From contig CAZJVY010000009.1 of the NCBI GenBank assembly GCA_964549395.1, positions 23-64,022 of the forward strand: a DNA stretch of 64,000 nucleotides, read 5' to 3'. Shown in pieces: positions 50,520-59,348 of this stretch. Numbering within the stretch: the stretch's first letter is position 1; every line of letters starts with the position of its first letter. Under the pieces are notes generated by a model. That model worked only from the letters and a program-made list of their open reading frames with translations. It was not told where the DNA came from and made no database searches. Origin of the DNA: an uncultured Armatimonadia bacterium (lineage in GTDB: Bacteria > Armatimonadota > Zipacnadia > Zipacnadales > UBA11051). The translations under genes and the position numbers were made by a program.

Positions 50520-51125
50520 CCCCTCCACCACGCCCCAACGGCAAACGACGCACAGCCGAAGCGAAGCGGGCACGACAAGCGAGTCTGCGTCCCACACGGC
50601 AACGGCAAGACAACCACAGGCTGGGAAGCGTGTGGCACGCGTGTATCTCTCGGTAGGGGCGCACTGCGTGCGCCCGCGTATGGAGAATGTCGGGGGTTAC
50701 GTCACTCGGGCTGGAAGCTGCGAATGCGACGGGGTCGCATTCGCACCTGAGCTTTGCAGACAGCGCAAAGCTCAGGCCGAGCTACGCGATGGGTAATGAG
50801 CTACGCGATGGAGAGGGATGCACGGGAAAGGGACATATGCGAAGGTAATGCGGAGGACGCGGACCGATCTCCGTCCGGTTGCATACGACGCAACCGACCG
50901 TCGGTCGGCCCCTCCCCTTACGACAACGACGAACGACAAGGTGCGCGGCAACGACGAGGCACACGGTAGCGGCAAGGCAAACGACAATCCCAAGGCAAAC
51001 GACATGGCGGCGACGGGCAGGGACGCCCGTCCTACGAACGGCAAGGGAGACGGCATTGGTGAACGGATATGGTGCACAGGTGCACAGGCTGGGAAGCCTG
51101 TGCCACGCGACAAGGTGGCACGCGT
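50520..51125. repeat. Large REP-like mosaic C-A-B-G(rev)-linker-D(rev)-C
   Basis: C 50614, A 50653, B 50704-50788, G 50868-50916, D 51012-51035, C 51082-51106; hexamer-like linkers. Confidence 0.85.
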
Positions 51126-51161
51126 GAACCCGGGGCTGCTGAACGGAGACCGTTGCCGAAG

Positions 51162-52118
51162 TCAACTCTCCGGGAACATCTCACAAAGCGCCTGGTACAC
51201 ATCGTCGGGCACTTCGGCGTCAGCCGCAACCACATTGTCCTGCAGTTGGGCCACCTTCGTCACGCCGCTGATCACCGACGTGACGGCCTGGTGGCGCAGG
51301 CACCACGCCATGGCAAGCTGCGCCGCCGAGAGGCCGAGGTCGCCCGCCATCTCCCTGAGCCGCTGCGCCTTGCGCAGGTTCTCGTCGGTCCAGTAGAGGT
51401 CCATGATGATCTCGTTCTGCGTGTCGTCGGCGGCACGGGTGCCGGCCGGCGGCGGCTCGCCTGGCGCGTACTTGCCCGTCAGGACGCCGTGCGCCAGCGG
51501 CGAGAAGACCACATTGCCCAGGCCGGTCTTCAGGCACGTCGGGAACACAGACGCTTCCGGGACGCGCCACATCAGGCTGTAGCGAGGCTGGTTGACGGCC
51601 GGCGGCCGACAGCCCATCAGCGCGGCCAGGTCAACGGCCTCCTGGATCAGCTCCGCCGGCCACTCGCTGACGCCCCAATACAGGATCTCGCCCCGGCGCG
51701 CCAGGTCGTCCATTATGCGAATGGTCTCCTCCAGGGGCGTGTCGGGGTCCGGGCGGTGGCACAGGTAGATGTCAATGTAGTCGGTCTGCAGGCGCTGCAG
51801 GCTGGCGTGGCACTGCTCGAAGACATGCTTGGCCGACAAGCCCCGATCATTGGGGCCGTCGCCCATCGGGGCCCACACCTTGGTGAGCAGCACGAAGTCG
51901 TCGCGGTCGTACTCGGCCAGCAGCTTGCCCAGCGTCACCTCGGCCTGCCCCATGTTGTACGCGTTGGCCGTGTCTATCCAGTTGACTCCGGAATCGAAGG
52001 CGAACTTGATACACTCCCTCGAGGTGTCATCATCCACGTGCATGCCGATGGTGAGATAGCTGCCCAGCCCAATGGTGCTGAGGCGAACTCCCCATTTGCC
52101 CAGTTGGCGATACTGCAT
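51162..52118 (-). CDS. Aldo/keto reductase (Kv-beta-like)
   Basis: DTANAY, TKV, SLQRLQTDYIDIY..H, YWGVSEW, NQPRY, FSPLAHGVLTGKY. Confidence 0.93.
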   Translation of the reverse strand: MQYRQLGKWGVRLSTIGLGSYLTIGMHVDDDTSRECIKFAFDSGVNWIDTANAYNMGQAEVTLGKLLAEYDRDDFVLLTKVWAPMGDGPNDRGLSAKHVFEQCHASLQRLQTDYIDIYLCHRPDPDTPLEETIRIMDDLARRGEILYWGVSEWPAELIQEAVDLAALMGCRPPAVNQPRYSLMWRVPEASVFPTCLKTGLGNVVFSPLAHGVLTGKYAPGEPPPAGTRAADDTQNEIIMDLYWTDENLRKAQRLREMAGDLGLSAAQLAMAWCLRHQAVTSVISGVTKVAQLQDNVVAADAEVPDDVYQALCEMFPES

Positions 52119-52154
52119 TGGTATTGCTCCTTTCCGATAAGTAGCCGCGTCGCT

Positions 52155-52907
52155 CTACTTGCCCATGCTGCGCAGGTTCTGCAAGCACCTGTCCACGCAC
52201 TCCAGCGGCGGATAGGCGTAGCTCTCCTGCTCGACGATGTACCAGCGCGTGCCGCCGGAGGTCTCGCAGAGCTCGAAGACCTCCTGCCAGCGGACGTCGC
52301 CCTCGCCGATGAGCACCTTGTCGTCGGTGGCGGAGTATTCCTTCAGGTGAACGGTGAGAGCGCGGCCCGGATAGCGCTGCAGGAAGGGCACCACGTCGGC
52401 GCCGCCGTGCAAGGCATTGCCGGTATCGAGTTGCATGACGACCTCCGGGTCGGTATTGCCGAAGAACGTGTCCCAGGGGAGCTCGCCGTCGAGTTCGGTG
52501 AACTCGATGTAGTGGTTGTGATAGCCCGTCCACATGTCCGTCGGCCGGACCCTGGCGGAGATTTCGTTGAACAGCTCGGCGGTCCGCCGCCACGCGGCGC
52601 GGCTGTTGCGGTACTCCTCCGGCAAACCGGGGCAGATCAGGTACGGATTGCCGAGAATTCTGTTGAATTCCGCGGTCCTCGGCAGTTCGTCGCCCAGCAG
52701 CATGTCTATGCGCAGATGGGAGCCGCAGCAGACAAGGCCGTTGTCGTCGAGCATCCTGCGGAGGTCCTCCGCAGTGCGGTCGTGGTACCCGGCGAACTCC
52801 ACGCCCTCATAGCCCATCGCGGCCACCTTCTCGAGCGTGCCGGGCAAGTCCTGCGCGCAGTCCTCGCGGACCGAATACAACTCCAAAGCAATCGGAATTC
52901 CAGCCAT
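52155..52907 (-). CDS. Sugar phosphate isomerase/epimerase
   Basis: LYSVRE, GYEGVEFAG, YHNH, QLDTG, HLKE, IVEQE; start ATG 52907 after an AAGGAG SD. Confidence 0.88.
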   Translation of the reverse strand: MAGIPIALELYSVREDCAQDLPGTLEKVAAMGYEGVEFAGYHDRTAEDLRRMLDDNGLVCCGSHLRIDMLLGDELPRTAEFNRILGNPYLICPGLPEEYRNSRAAWRRTAELFNEISARVRPTDMWTGYHNHYIEFTELDGELPWDTFFGNTDPEVVMQLDTGNALHGGADVVPFLQRYPGRALTVHLKEYSATDDKVLIGEGDVRWQEVFELCETSGGTRWYIVEQESYAYPPLECVDRCLQNLRSMGK

Positions 52908-52924
52908 TCTTGGTCTCCTTTCTT

Positions 52925-53270
52925 GCCAGTGGGAACCCGTTTCTGCACCAGTGGGAACCCTTTCTGCAGAAAGTGCACCCACGCTACGCGCGGGTACCCG
53001 CTGGACCCCTTCCCAAAGACTCCTAACTGTGCCAGTGCACCGCCACCGCGCCCCGCCTTCATCTTGTCGCGTATTCTTCTCAACGCGTAGCTCGGCCTGA
53101 GCTTTGCGTGCACGCAAAGCTCAGGTGCGAACGCGACGGCGTCGCGTTCGCAGCTTCCAGCCCGAGTCCCGTATCCGGCATTTGGGTATACGCGGGCGCA
53201 CGCAGTGCGCCCCTACCGGAGACAACAGCGAACAGCAACGGCGACGACACGGCAACGCCACGGCGGCGGG
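52925..53270 (-). repeat. REP-like mosaic A-B-F in reverse orientation, plus a 22-bp direct repeat
   Basis: F rev 53001-53072, B rev 53084-53167, A rev 53194-53216; CCAGTGGGAACCC(G)TTTCTGCA x2 at about 52926-52968. Confidence 0.85.
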
Positions 53271-54101
53271 TCAGGCCAGGGAGCGCAAATAATCCACGTT
53301 CCACTTGAACTTCTCGGCAAGCGAGCCGAACTGCGAGAAGTCCTCCAGAGTGAAATAGCCCGCATAGCCAGTGTCAATTACGGCCCTGACAATGGCCGGC
53401 CAGTCAAGGATGCCCCGGTCGAGGCGGATCTGGTCAACCGGAATCATCTCCTGGGGCGGCTCGTCGGATTTGGTCATGGCGTTCTTCACGTGCACCGCCT
53501 TGATCATGTCGCGAAGCATGTCCACCTGCACGGAGGGCCGCTCGTAGCCCTCGCGCAGGCAGTTGCCCGGGTCATAGACGATGCCGAGATGGTCATTGGT
53601 CACGCCGCGAAAGAGGTCGAGTATCTGCCCGGCGGAGGCGGTGAGGGCGCCACCATGCTGCTCGACGGTAACTACAAGACCGTGCTCGGCGGCCATTTGC
53701 GCAATCTCAGCGGCCTGCTCGCGGGTCATCTCGCGCTGGCGGGCATAGCCGGTTACGGGGTCATAGGTCGGCCCGGAGATGCGGAAGTAGCGCGCGCCCA
53801 TCGCGGCGGCAAGGTCCATCGAGCTGGCAATGCCGGCCATGTGCTCGTCGCGCTCGGCTGCAGCGGTGAAGCCGACGCGGTAGTAGGTGGTCAGGCCGGA
53901 GATGTGCAGGCCGCTATCGGCGACGAGAGCCTTGACGCGCTCGCCCTCCGACGGTGGAGCGCCGTTGGGCAGATGGGCGCCGCCTTCATGTTGGCGGATG
54001 TCCACGGCGTCAAAGCCGGCGTCGGCGGCAAGTTTGACGGCCTCTGCGAGGCTCACCTCGCTGGCGAGCAATGTATAGAGCGAAAGCTTCACGCGAATCA
54101 T
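53271..54101 (-). CDS. Sugar phosphate isomerase/epimerase
   Basis: VEQHG, YDPGN, VHVKN, TLE. Confidence 0.85.
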   Translation of the reverse strand: MIRVKLSLYTLLASEVSLAEAVKLAADAGFDAVDIRQHEGGAHLPNGAPPSEGERVKALVADSGLHISGLTTYYRVGFTAAAERDEHMAGIASSMDLAAAMGARYFRISGPTYDPVTGYARQREMTREQAAEIAQMAAEHGLVVTVEQHGGALTASAGQILDLFRGVTNDHLGIVYDPGNCLREGYERPSVQVDMLRDMIKAVHVKNAMTKSDEPPQEMIPVDQIRLDRGILDWPAIVRAVIDTGYAGYFTLEDFSQFGSLAEKFKWNVDYLRSLA

Positions 54102-54116
54102 CTCCTGTGGCGGCGC

Positions 54117-55157
54117 TCAGGCCAGTTTGATTTCGTCGGCGAGGCCCAGGTGGACCTGGAGCCAGGCATAGGCCAGCGCGCGGTTGGGCGGGTTGAACGA
54201 GTGCTCCTCGGAATGGTAATAGCAGGCGAACTTGCCCTCTGCGCCCAGCGCCTTGTAAACGCGCTCGATCTGGTAGTAGATTTCGCCGAACGGCTCGAAG
54301 ATCGGGAAGCAGACATCGTTGCCGACGGCGGAGAGATTGAGAAAGGCACGCGGGGCGATGGCGGCCATGATTTCGGGTATGTCAATGGGAATGGGGCGGC
54401 CGCTGATGAAATAAGGCAGCAGCTTCGGGAAGTGCTTGTAGCGGCCCGGCGGAATGCGCGACCATGCGCCGCGCTCGGGATCGCAGTGCCAGGTGGTGAT
54501 GCCGCAGCTCGAGACGGCCGCCTTGACGCGCTCATCCACGGCGGCGACGAAGACCGTCCCGTAGCCGCCCAGGGAATGGCCGATGCAGCCGATGTTGTCG
54601 GCGTCCACCTGCTCCATGGCGGTGAGGACATCCAGGGCCTGCTGGTGGTCGTACACGTCCTTGCCCATCTCCGACCAGTCGGGGTGTTTCTCATAGAACT
54701 CGGCGGTGTTGTAGGGCGGGTTGTTCTTGGGGGCACGCTGGCCGGCGCAGAAGTGGTCGGGAGACATGGTGACCATGCCGCGTTTGGCCAGATGCACGGC
54801 GATGCCGTTGGAGCCGCCCGGGTGCTCGCCCTTGCCGAGGCAGGCGTCCTTGGCGTCGGCGGTGGTGCCGTGGATGCACATGACCCCCGGCCGCGGCCCG
54901 TCGCAGCCATCGGGAATCAGGACCCACGCCCAGCCCTTGTCGTCCTCCTCGATATCGTAGGAGACAAGCCGCTGCAGGTAGCCGTCCTGTTGTATCTCCT
55001 CCTCGATCTGGGGATTGGGGTCGGGCCGCTCGGTGAGGCCCTCGCCCATCAGATCAACGAAGCGCTCGATGACGCCCGCGCGCCAGGTGCGCCAATCGTC
55101 TTGCGTCACGGTGCTGTAGTCCTGCGGGAAAATGTCGGGCAGTTGCGGCTGATACAT
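54117..55157 (-). CDS. Alpha/beta hydrolase (dienelactone hydrolase / carbohydrate esterase-like)
   Basis: CIHG, IGHSLGG nucleophile elbow, IAPR, D and H catalytic candidates; start ATG 55157. Confidence 0.85.
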   Translation of the reverse strand: MYQPQLPDIFPQDYSTVTQDDWRTWRAGVIERFVDLMGEGLTERPDPNPQIEEEIQQDGYLQRLVSYDIEEDDKGWAWVLIPDGCDGPRPGVMCIHGTTADAKDACLGKGEHPGGSNGIAVHLAKRGMVTMSPDHFCAGQRAPKNNPPYNTAEFYEKHPDWSEMGKDVYDHQQALDVLTAMEQVDADNIGCIGHSLGGYGTVFVAAVDERVKAAVSSCGITTWHCDPERGAWSRIPPGRYKHFPKLLPYFISGRPIPIDIPEIMAAIAPRAFLNLSAVGNDVCFPIFEPFGEIYYQIERVYKALGAEGKFACYYHSEEHSFNPPNRALAYAWLQVHLGLADEIKLA

Positions 55158-55355
55158 TGCTATGACCTCCCTTGGTGTGTGGAGGAATTCGCAGCATCTC
55201 GCAGTTCTCCTCCTTTGGCGGTGCGACCGAGAGGGAGCAGACACGCGGAAGGTGTGCCGTGGCGATGCAGGGAATGTGCACGGGCAAGGACGGCTGTACC
55301 GGTCAGCGGATCTGGTGAGAGAGTCGAGAGAGATAGCAGCAAGGAGGGTTCAGAG

Positions 55356-56624
55356 ATGGCGAAGCTGGCAATCAACGGTGGCCCCAAGGCGGTCAACGAG
55401 CAGTTGGGCAAGCCGCTATACGCGGAATGGCCGGAGATCGGCGATGAAGAGCGCGATGCGCTGATGGCGGTGCTGGAATCGCGGCGCTGGTGGCGCGGCG
55501 GCTATGGTGAGGATGAGCTTGACAAGTGCTGGGTGGCGAAGTTCGAGAACGCGTTCATGGAATACCAGGGCGGGAAGTACGCGGTGGCCTGCACGAACGG
55601 GACGCAGGCCATCGAGATGGCGCTGAAGGCGGTAGGCATTCAGCCGGGAGATGAGATCATCGTTCCGTGCTCGACTTTCGTGGCCACGGCGACGGCGTGC
55701 GTCCTGGTCAATGGCATCCCGATCATCGTTGACGTGGAGCCGGAGACGTACCAGATTGACCCGGACGCCATCGAGGGGGCGATAACGCCGCGCACCGCCG
55801 GCATCATCCCGGTACACAACGGCGGCTTCCCGTGCGACATGGACCGCATCAACGCGATTGCGGAGAAGCACGGCCTGTTCGTCATCGAGGACTCTGCCCA
55901 CGCGCAGGGCTCGCAGTACAAGGGCAAGGGCTGCGGGACGCTGGGGGACTTCGGGACGTTCTCGCTGCAGATGGGCAAGACGCTCACCTGCGGGGAGGGC
56001 GGCATCGTCATCACCAATGACGAAGAGCTGGCCGGGAAGGCGTATGCGTTCCACCACATCGGGCGGTTCTCGGGGCGGCCGTTCTATGAATTCCATCTGG
56101 TGGCCTCGAATCTGCGGATGACGGAATGGCAGGGGGCAATTGCGTACTGCCAGACGAAGCGGTTGCCGGAGCAGACCGAGCGGCGGGATAAGAACGCGTT
56201 GTACTTCGAGGACGGGCTGCGACAGATCCCCGGCATGGCCCCGCTGGAGCGCGGCGAGCGATGCACGCGCTGGGGCTTCTATTACTACCTATTCAAGTTC
56301 ATTTCGGACGAGTTCGAGGGGCTGTCGCGGCAGAAGTTCGTGGAGGCGATGGCGGCGGAGGGAGTATCGCTGGGGGCCGGTCACATGCACCCGATTCAGG
56401 ACAACCCGCTGTTCAGGAACCGGCACTTCGGGCCGGTGTGCTACCCGGACGGCATCGAGCCGCCGGACTACTCGCAGACGCAGACGCCGGTGGCCCAGAA
56501 CGCGCTGGACAATGAGGCGCTGACGCTGGGGCATCAGGCCTTCGCGGATCACGACACGCGCTCGATGGACCTGATCCTGGACGCGATCCGCAAGGTGCGG
56601 GAGAATGTGGGGGAGTTGGTGTAG
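55356..56624 (+). CDS. DegT/DnrJ/EryC1/StrS PLP aminotransferase
   Basis: MAKLAINGG, TNGT, TFVAT, IEDSAHAQG, FSLQMGKTLTCGEGG, SNLRMTEWQ; start ATG 55356. Confidence 0.93.
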   Translation: MAKLAINGGPKAVNEQLGKPLYAEWPEIGDEERDALMAVLESRRWWRGGYGEDELDKCWVAKFENAFMEYQGGKYAVACTNGTQAIEMALKAVGIQPGDEIIVPCSTFVATATACVLVNGIPIIVDVEPETYQIDPDAIEGAITPRTAGIIPVHNGGFPCDMDRINAIAEKHGLFVIEDSAHAQGSQYKGKGCGTLGDFGTFSLQMGKTLTCGEGGIVITNDEELAGKAYAFHHIGRFSGRPFYEFHLVASNLRMTEWQGAIAYCQTKRLPEQTERRDKNALYFEDGLRQIPGMAPLERGERCTRWGFYYYLFKFISDEFEGLSRQKFVEAMAAEGVSLGAGHMHPIQDNPLFRNRHFGPVCYPDGIEPPDYSQTQTPVAQNALDNEALTLGHQAFADHDTRSMDLILDAIRKVRENVGELV

Positions 56625-56648
56625 AGCGTACCTGCCCTGTGGATGACA

Positions 56649-56682
56649 AACACGGGCCTCCCTGAGTGGGGAGGCCCGTGTT
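56649..56682. terminator. Bidirectional terminator hairpin
   Basis: AACACGGGCCTCCC...GGGAGGCCCGTGTT 14-bp stem between convergent genes. Confidence 0.75.
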
Positions 56683-56789
56683 GTTGGACCCCGTAACGAC
56701 ATGGGCTGGATGCTTCGCATGCGGCCCCTCCGCGAGGCGACGGCACGGCAACGGAGAACGGCACGGCAGCACAGTCGGTCCTGCGGATA

Positions 56790-57938
56790 CTAGTACGGCG
56801 CTTTGGGGATTGGCTGGTAGCCACGGACGCGCTCGAGGTCGCGCCGCGCGCCCTCAAGGTCCTGCGCCGCGTAGCGGTTCTCAGTCAGGACCATCAGGCC
56901 GGTCGGGTGAGCGCCCCCGCCATCTGCGCGCAGATCGGCCAGGCGCTGCAGTGACCCGCTCCAGATCAGGATCGCATCCGCCGCGCGCATACGGTAGTAC
57001 AGGTCGTACAGGTCGCAGTGGTCCGGGTTCCCCATGTGAATGGCATTGATCCCCGGCGTGGCCAGCATCTGGTCGAGAACGTGATTGCCATTCCCGCAGT
57101 AGTGCAGCCATCCGCCGCCGAACGGCGCATAGGCGCGCTCGTTGTAGGGCCGGACGAACTCGCGATAGACATCGGCCGAGCAGAGCATCGCCGAGTCGTC
57201 GCAGATGCGCACTCCGCCCCGCGCCAGCTTCACCCCGCAGATGTGATAGCCGCAGTCCAGCGGCTCGCCCAGCCTGCGCTTGTAGTAGTGCGTGAACCGG
57301 ATATAGGTCTCCGTGGTCAGCGCCAGCAGGTCGTGGACCACGTCGGGATGGTCGTGAAGGGCATAGAAGATTTCAGCGCCCCAGATCAGGTGCGCCAGAT
57401 CGAACGGCCCCTGGTTGTCGGGGACGACCATGTGCACGACCTGCGCGAGGTTCTCGTAACCGGCAAGCACATCAGTGGCGAAGTCCACGAAGGCGTCCAG
57501 CCTGGCGATGTGCGGGTGGTGCCAAATGTCCGGCATGCCGCGGTCAATCAGCGCGCGGACCGTCTCCAGATCGTGAAGGCCCGCTGACATCGAGCTGCCC
57601 TGGTCGGTGATGATGCTGGGCACGTCGAACAGCTCGGGGATGGTGACCACGCCCCATTCCGGCGTGATCGTGCACAGGCGGTCGTCCTGCAGCAACGCCC
57701 CGCAGTAAACGCCGGCCATCTGCGTCATGAAGTTCTTCTCGATGTCGTCCCAGCACTGGGTGAAGGGGTACCTCGGCCAGTCGGGCGGCGCCGGGAAGGA
57801 GATGAAAGTGGGAATGCGCTCCGGCGGCTGGCCCGCCCACATGTCGGCCTGCGCGCGCTCGCATGCGGCGACGTGGTCAAGATCAATCATGCGGTCGAGC
57901 CGCTCCAGCGCGCGGCGGTGGGCGTCAAGTTCCAGCAT
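56790..57938 (-). CDS. Uroporphyrinogen decarboxylase / MtaA-CmuA superfamily protein
   Basis: DNQGPFDLA, ICDDSA, YREFV.PY, LHYCG. Confidence 0.75.
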   Translation of the reverse strand: MLELDAHRRALERLDRMIDLDHVAACERAQADMWAGQPPERIPTFISFPAPPDWPRYPFTQCWDDIEKNFMTQMAGVYCGALLQDDRLCTITPEWGVVTIPELFDVPSIITDQGSSMSAGLHDLETVRALIDRGMPDIWHHPHIARLDAFVDFATDVLAGYENLAQVVHMVVPDNQGPFDLAHLIWGAEIFYALHDHPDVVHDLLALTTETYIRFTHYYKRRLGEPLDCGYHICGVKLARGGVRICDDSAMLCSADVYREFVRPYNERAYAPFGGGWLHYCGNGNHVLDQMLATPGINAIHMGNPDHCDLYDLYYRMRAADAILIWSGSLQRLADLRADGGGAHPTGLMVLTENRYAAQDLEGARRDLERVRGYQPIPKAPY

Positions 57939-57959
57939 TACGCACCTCTGGGAAACAGG

Positions 57960-59264
57960 TCAACGCACGCTTTCCGGCAGCGTGCCGCCGCCGAGTTCGA
58001 ATACCGTCTTCGTCACATCCACGCCGATAAGCTCCTTGATGCGCTCATTCATCGGCCACGGCCACAGCGGCACATCGGTGAGCACGCCGTCCTCATAGCG
58101 GAACCATATACTGGCGCCCTTCTCGGATTGGAGAATGTTGCCGCCATCGGCGACCAGTGGGGCGGGGCTGTCGAGCACCAGCAGGTTCTCGAATTGGCCT
58201 GTGCCCACCGCGTTCTGCTCTGAGCCGATGGATGTGAGGTCGTGCCCGCTAACGTGTGTAAGGTTGAACGACCGGACCGGCGCGGCGCCTTGCTCGATGA
58301 AGGACACGCAGTCAACCATTGTCCCGGGGTCCTGCTCGCTTCGGGAGATGAAGTAGTTGGCGATGTAGGGGACGGTGCGCTGGCCGGCGAGGCGGTATGC
58401 AATGCAGCCGAAGAGACGGACCTCAGGCCCGTCGCGGGTGTCAATGCCAAAGACACCGTAGGGCTGATCCACGCCGTAGTTGGTCATGGTGACGGCTTCC
58501 TTGGGACGGCTGCCCCAATTGGTGAAGGGCACGCCGTGGTCGTGGACCACGTAGGTCTCGGGCATTTTGGTGCCATCCCAGGTGCCGATGCAGTTCTCAG
58601 CCAGCGTATGGTGGGAATTGTAGGAGACAGTCATGACCATCTTGGGGCCAACGTTGGTGCAGCCCTCCCAGCGGCCCCAGCAGCGGCGGAAGGTGGTGTA
58701 ATTGCCGTTCTGCGAGCACGAGTAGGTCTTCCGCGCAATGCCCCAACCGGCGCAGTCCTCGAAGACGTTGTAGTCGCCATAGTGAGCCGCGAAGATGTTG
58801 GTGTTGTCGTCGCCGGCGTCCCATGCGCAGACGCGGCGGACGATGCAGTGGCTGCTCCTGCTGACGCCGACCACGGTCATCTTGGAGCGGCAGGCGTTCA
58901 TGCCCTCGATGATGATATACTCGGTCTGGTAGAGTTGCACGGGATAGCGCACGCCCTCGCCGTCAATGAGCACCTTCCCATCATTTTGGGCCTTGATGAG
59001 AATGGGGGCTTCGGCAGTGCCCTTGACGGAATCGGCTACCCGGAGCATCGAATCATCGCCGGTATAGGTGCCGTCGAGCAGGAGCAGCGCGTCGCCGGGC
59101 TGCAGCTTCGCTACGGCTTGCTTGACGAAACACGGGGTCAGTGCAGTGGCACCGTCGCCGCCGCCTGCAGGTGAGGCATAGTACTCGGCGGCTCGTGCAG
59201 GGGCCGTGAGAACCGAGAGAGCCAGAACTGCGGTCAGACCAACGGGAAACGTTAGACGCTTCAT
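57960..59264 (-). CDS. Secreted right-handed parallel beta-helix protein (pectate-lyase-like)
   Basis: Signal peptide (ARA-AE), YYASP, PGD..LL.DGTY, GT.E.PI.I.A, repeated beta-helix rungs. Confidence 0.75.
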   Translation of the reverse strand: MKRLTFPVGLTAVLALSVLTAPARAAEYYASPAGGGDGATALTPCFVKQAVAKLQPGDALLLLDGTYTGDDSMLRVADSVKGTAEAPILIKAQNDGKVLIDGEGVRYPVQLYQTEYIIIEGMNACRSKMTVVGVSRSSHCIVRRVCAWDAGDDNTNIFAAHYGDYNVFEDCAGWGIARKTYSCSQNGNYTTFRRCWGRWEGCTNVGPKMVMTVSYNSHHTLAENCIGTWDGTKMPETYVVHDHGVPFTNWGSRPKEAVTMTNYGVDQPYGVFGIDTRDGPEVRLFGCIAYRLAGQRTVPYIANYFISRSEQDPGTMVDCVSFIEQGAAPVRSFNLTHVSGHDLTSIGSEQNAVGTGQFENLLVLDSPAPLVADGGNILQSEKGASIWFRYEDGVLTDVPLWPWPMNERIKELIGVDVTKTVFELGGGTLPESVR

Positions 59265-59286
59265 CGCTCATGCTCCCTTCCGTCAC

Positions 59287-59313
59287 GGACAGGCAATGCT
59301 GCCTGTCCTCCGC
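59287..59313 (-). repeat. REP-like module E, reverse orientation
   Basis: Minus GCGGA-GGACAGGCAGCATTGCCTGTCC. Confidence 0.7.
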
Positions 59314-59348
59314 CAGATCGTTGTTGTGCGCAGTTGTGTAAGTGAGCG

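Noticed and set aside
50254-51165. Short ORFs in the repeat regions (also 42824-43414 and 45545-46602) sharing peptides such as TGRDARPT and GARSAP
   Set aside because: The shared peptides are translations of the REP modules; no SD or protein-family signal.
51069-53090. 673-aa plus-strand ORF
   Set aside because: Antisense to the AKR and isomerase genes and runs through repeat DNA.
53205-55355. Apparent long N-terminal extension making a 1139-aa aminotransferase fusion
   Set aside because: It overlaps two real minus-strand genes; the true start is ATG 55356 with an AAGGAGG SD.
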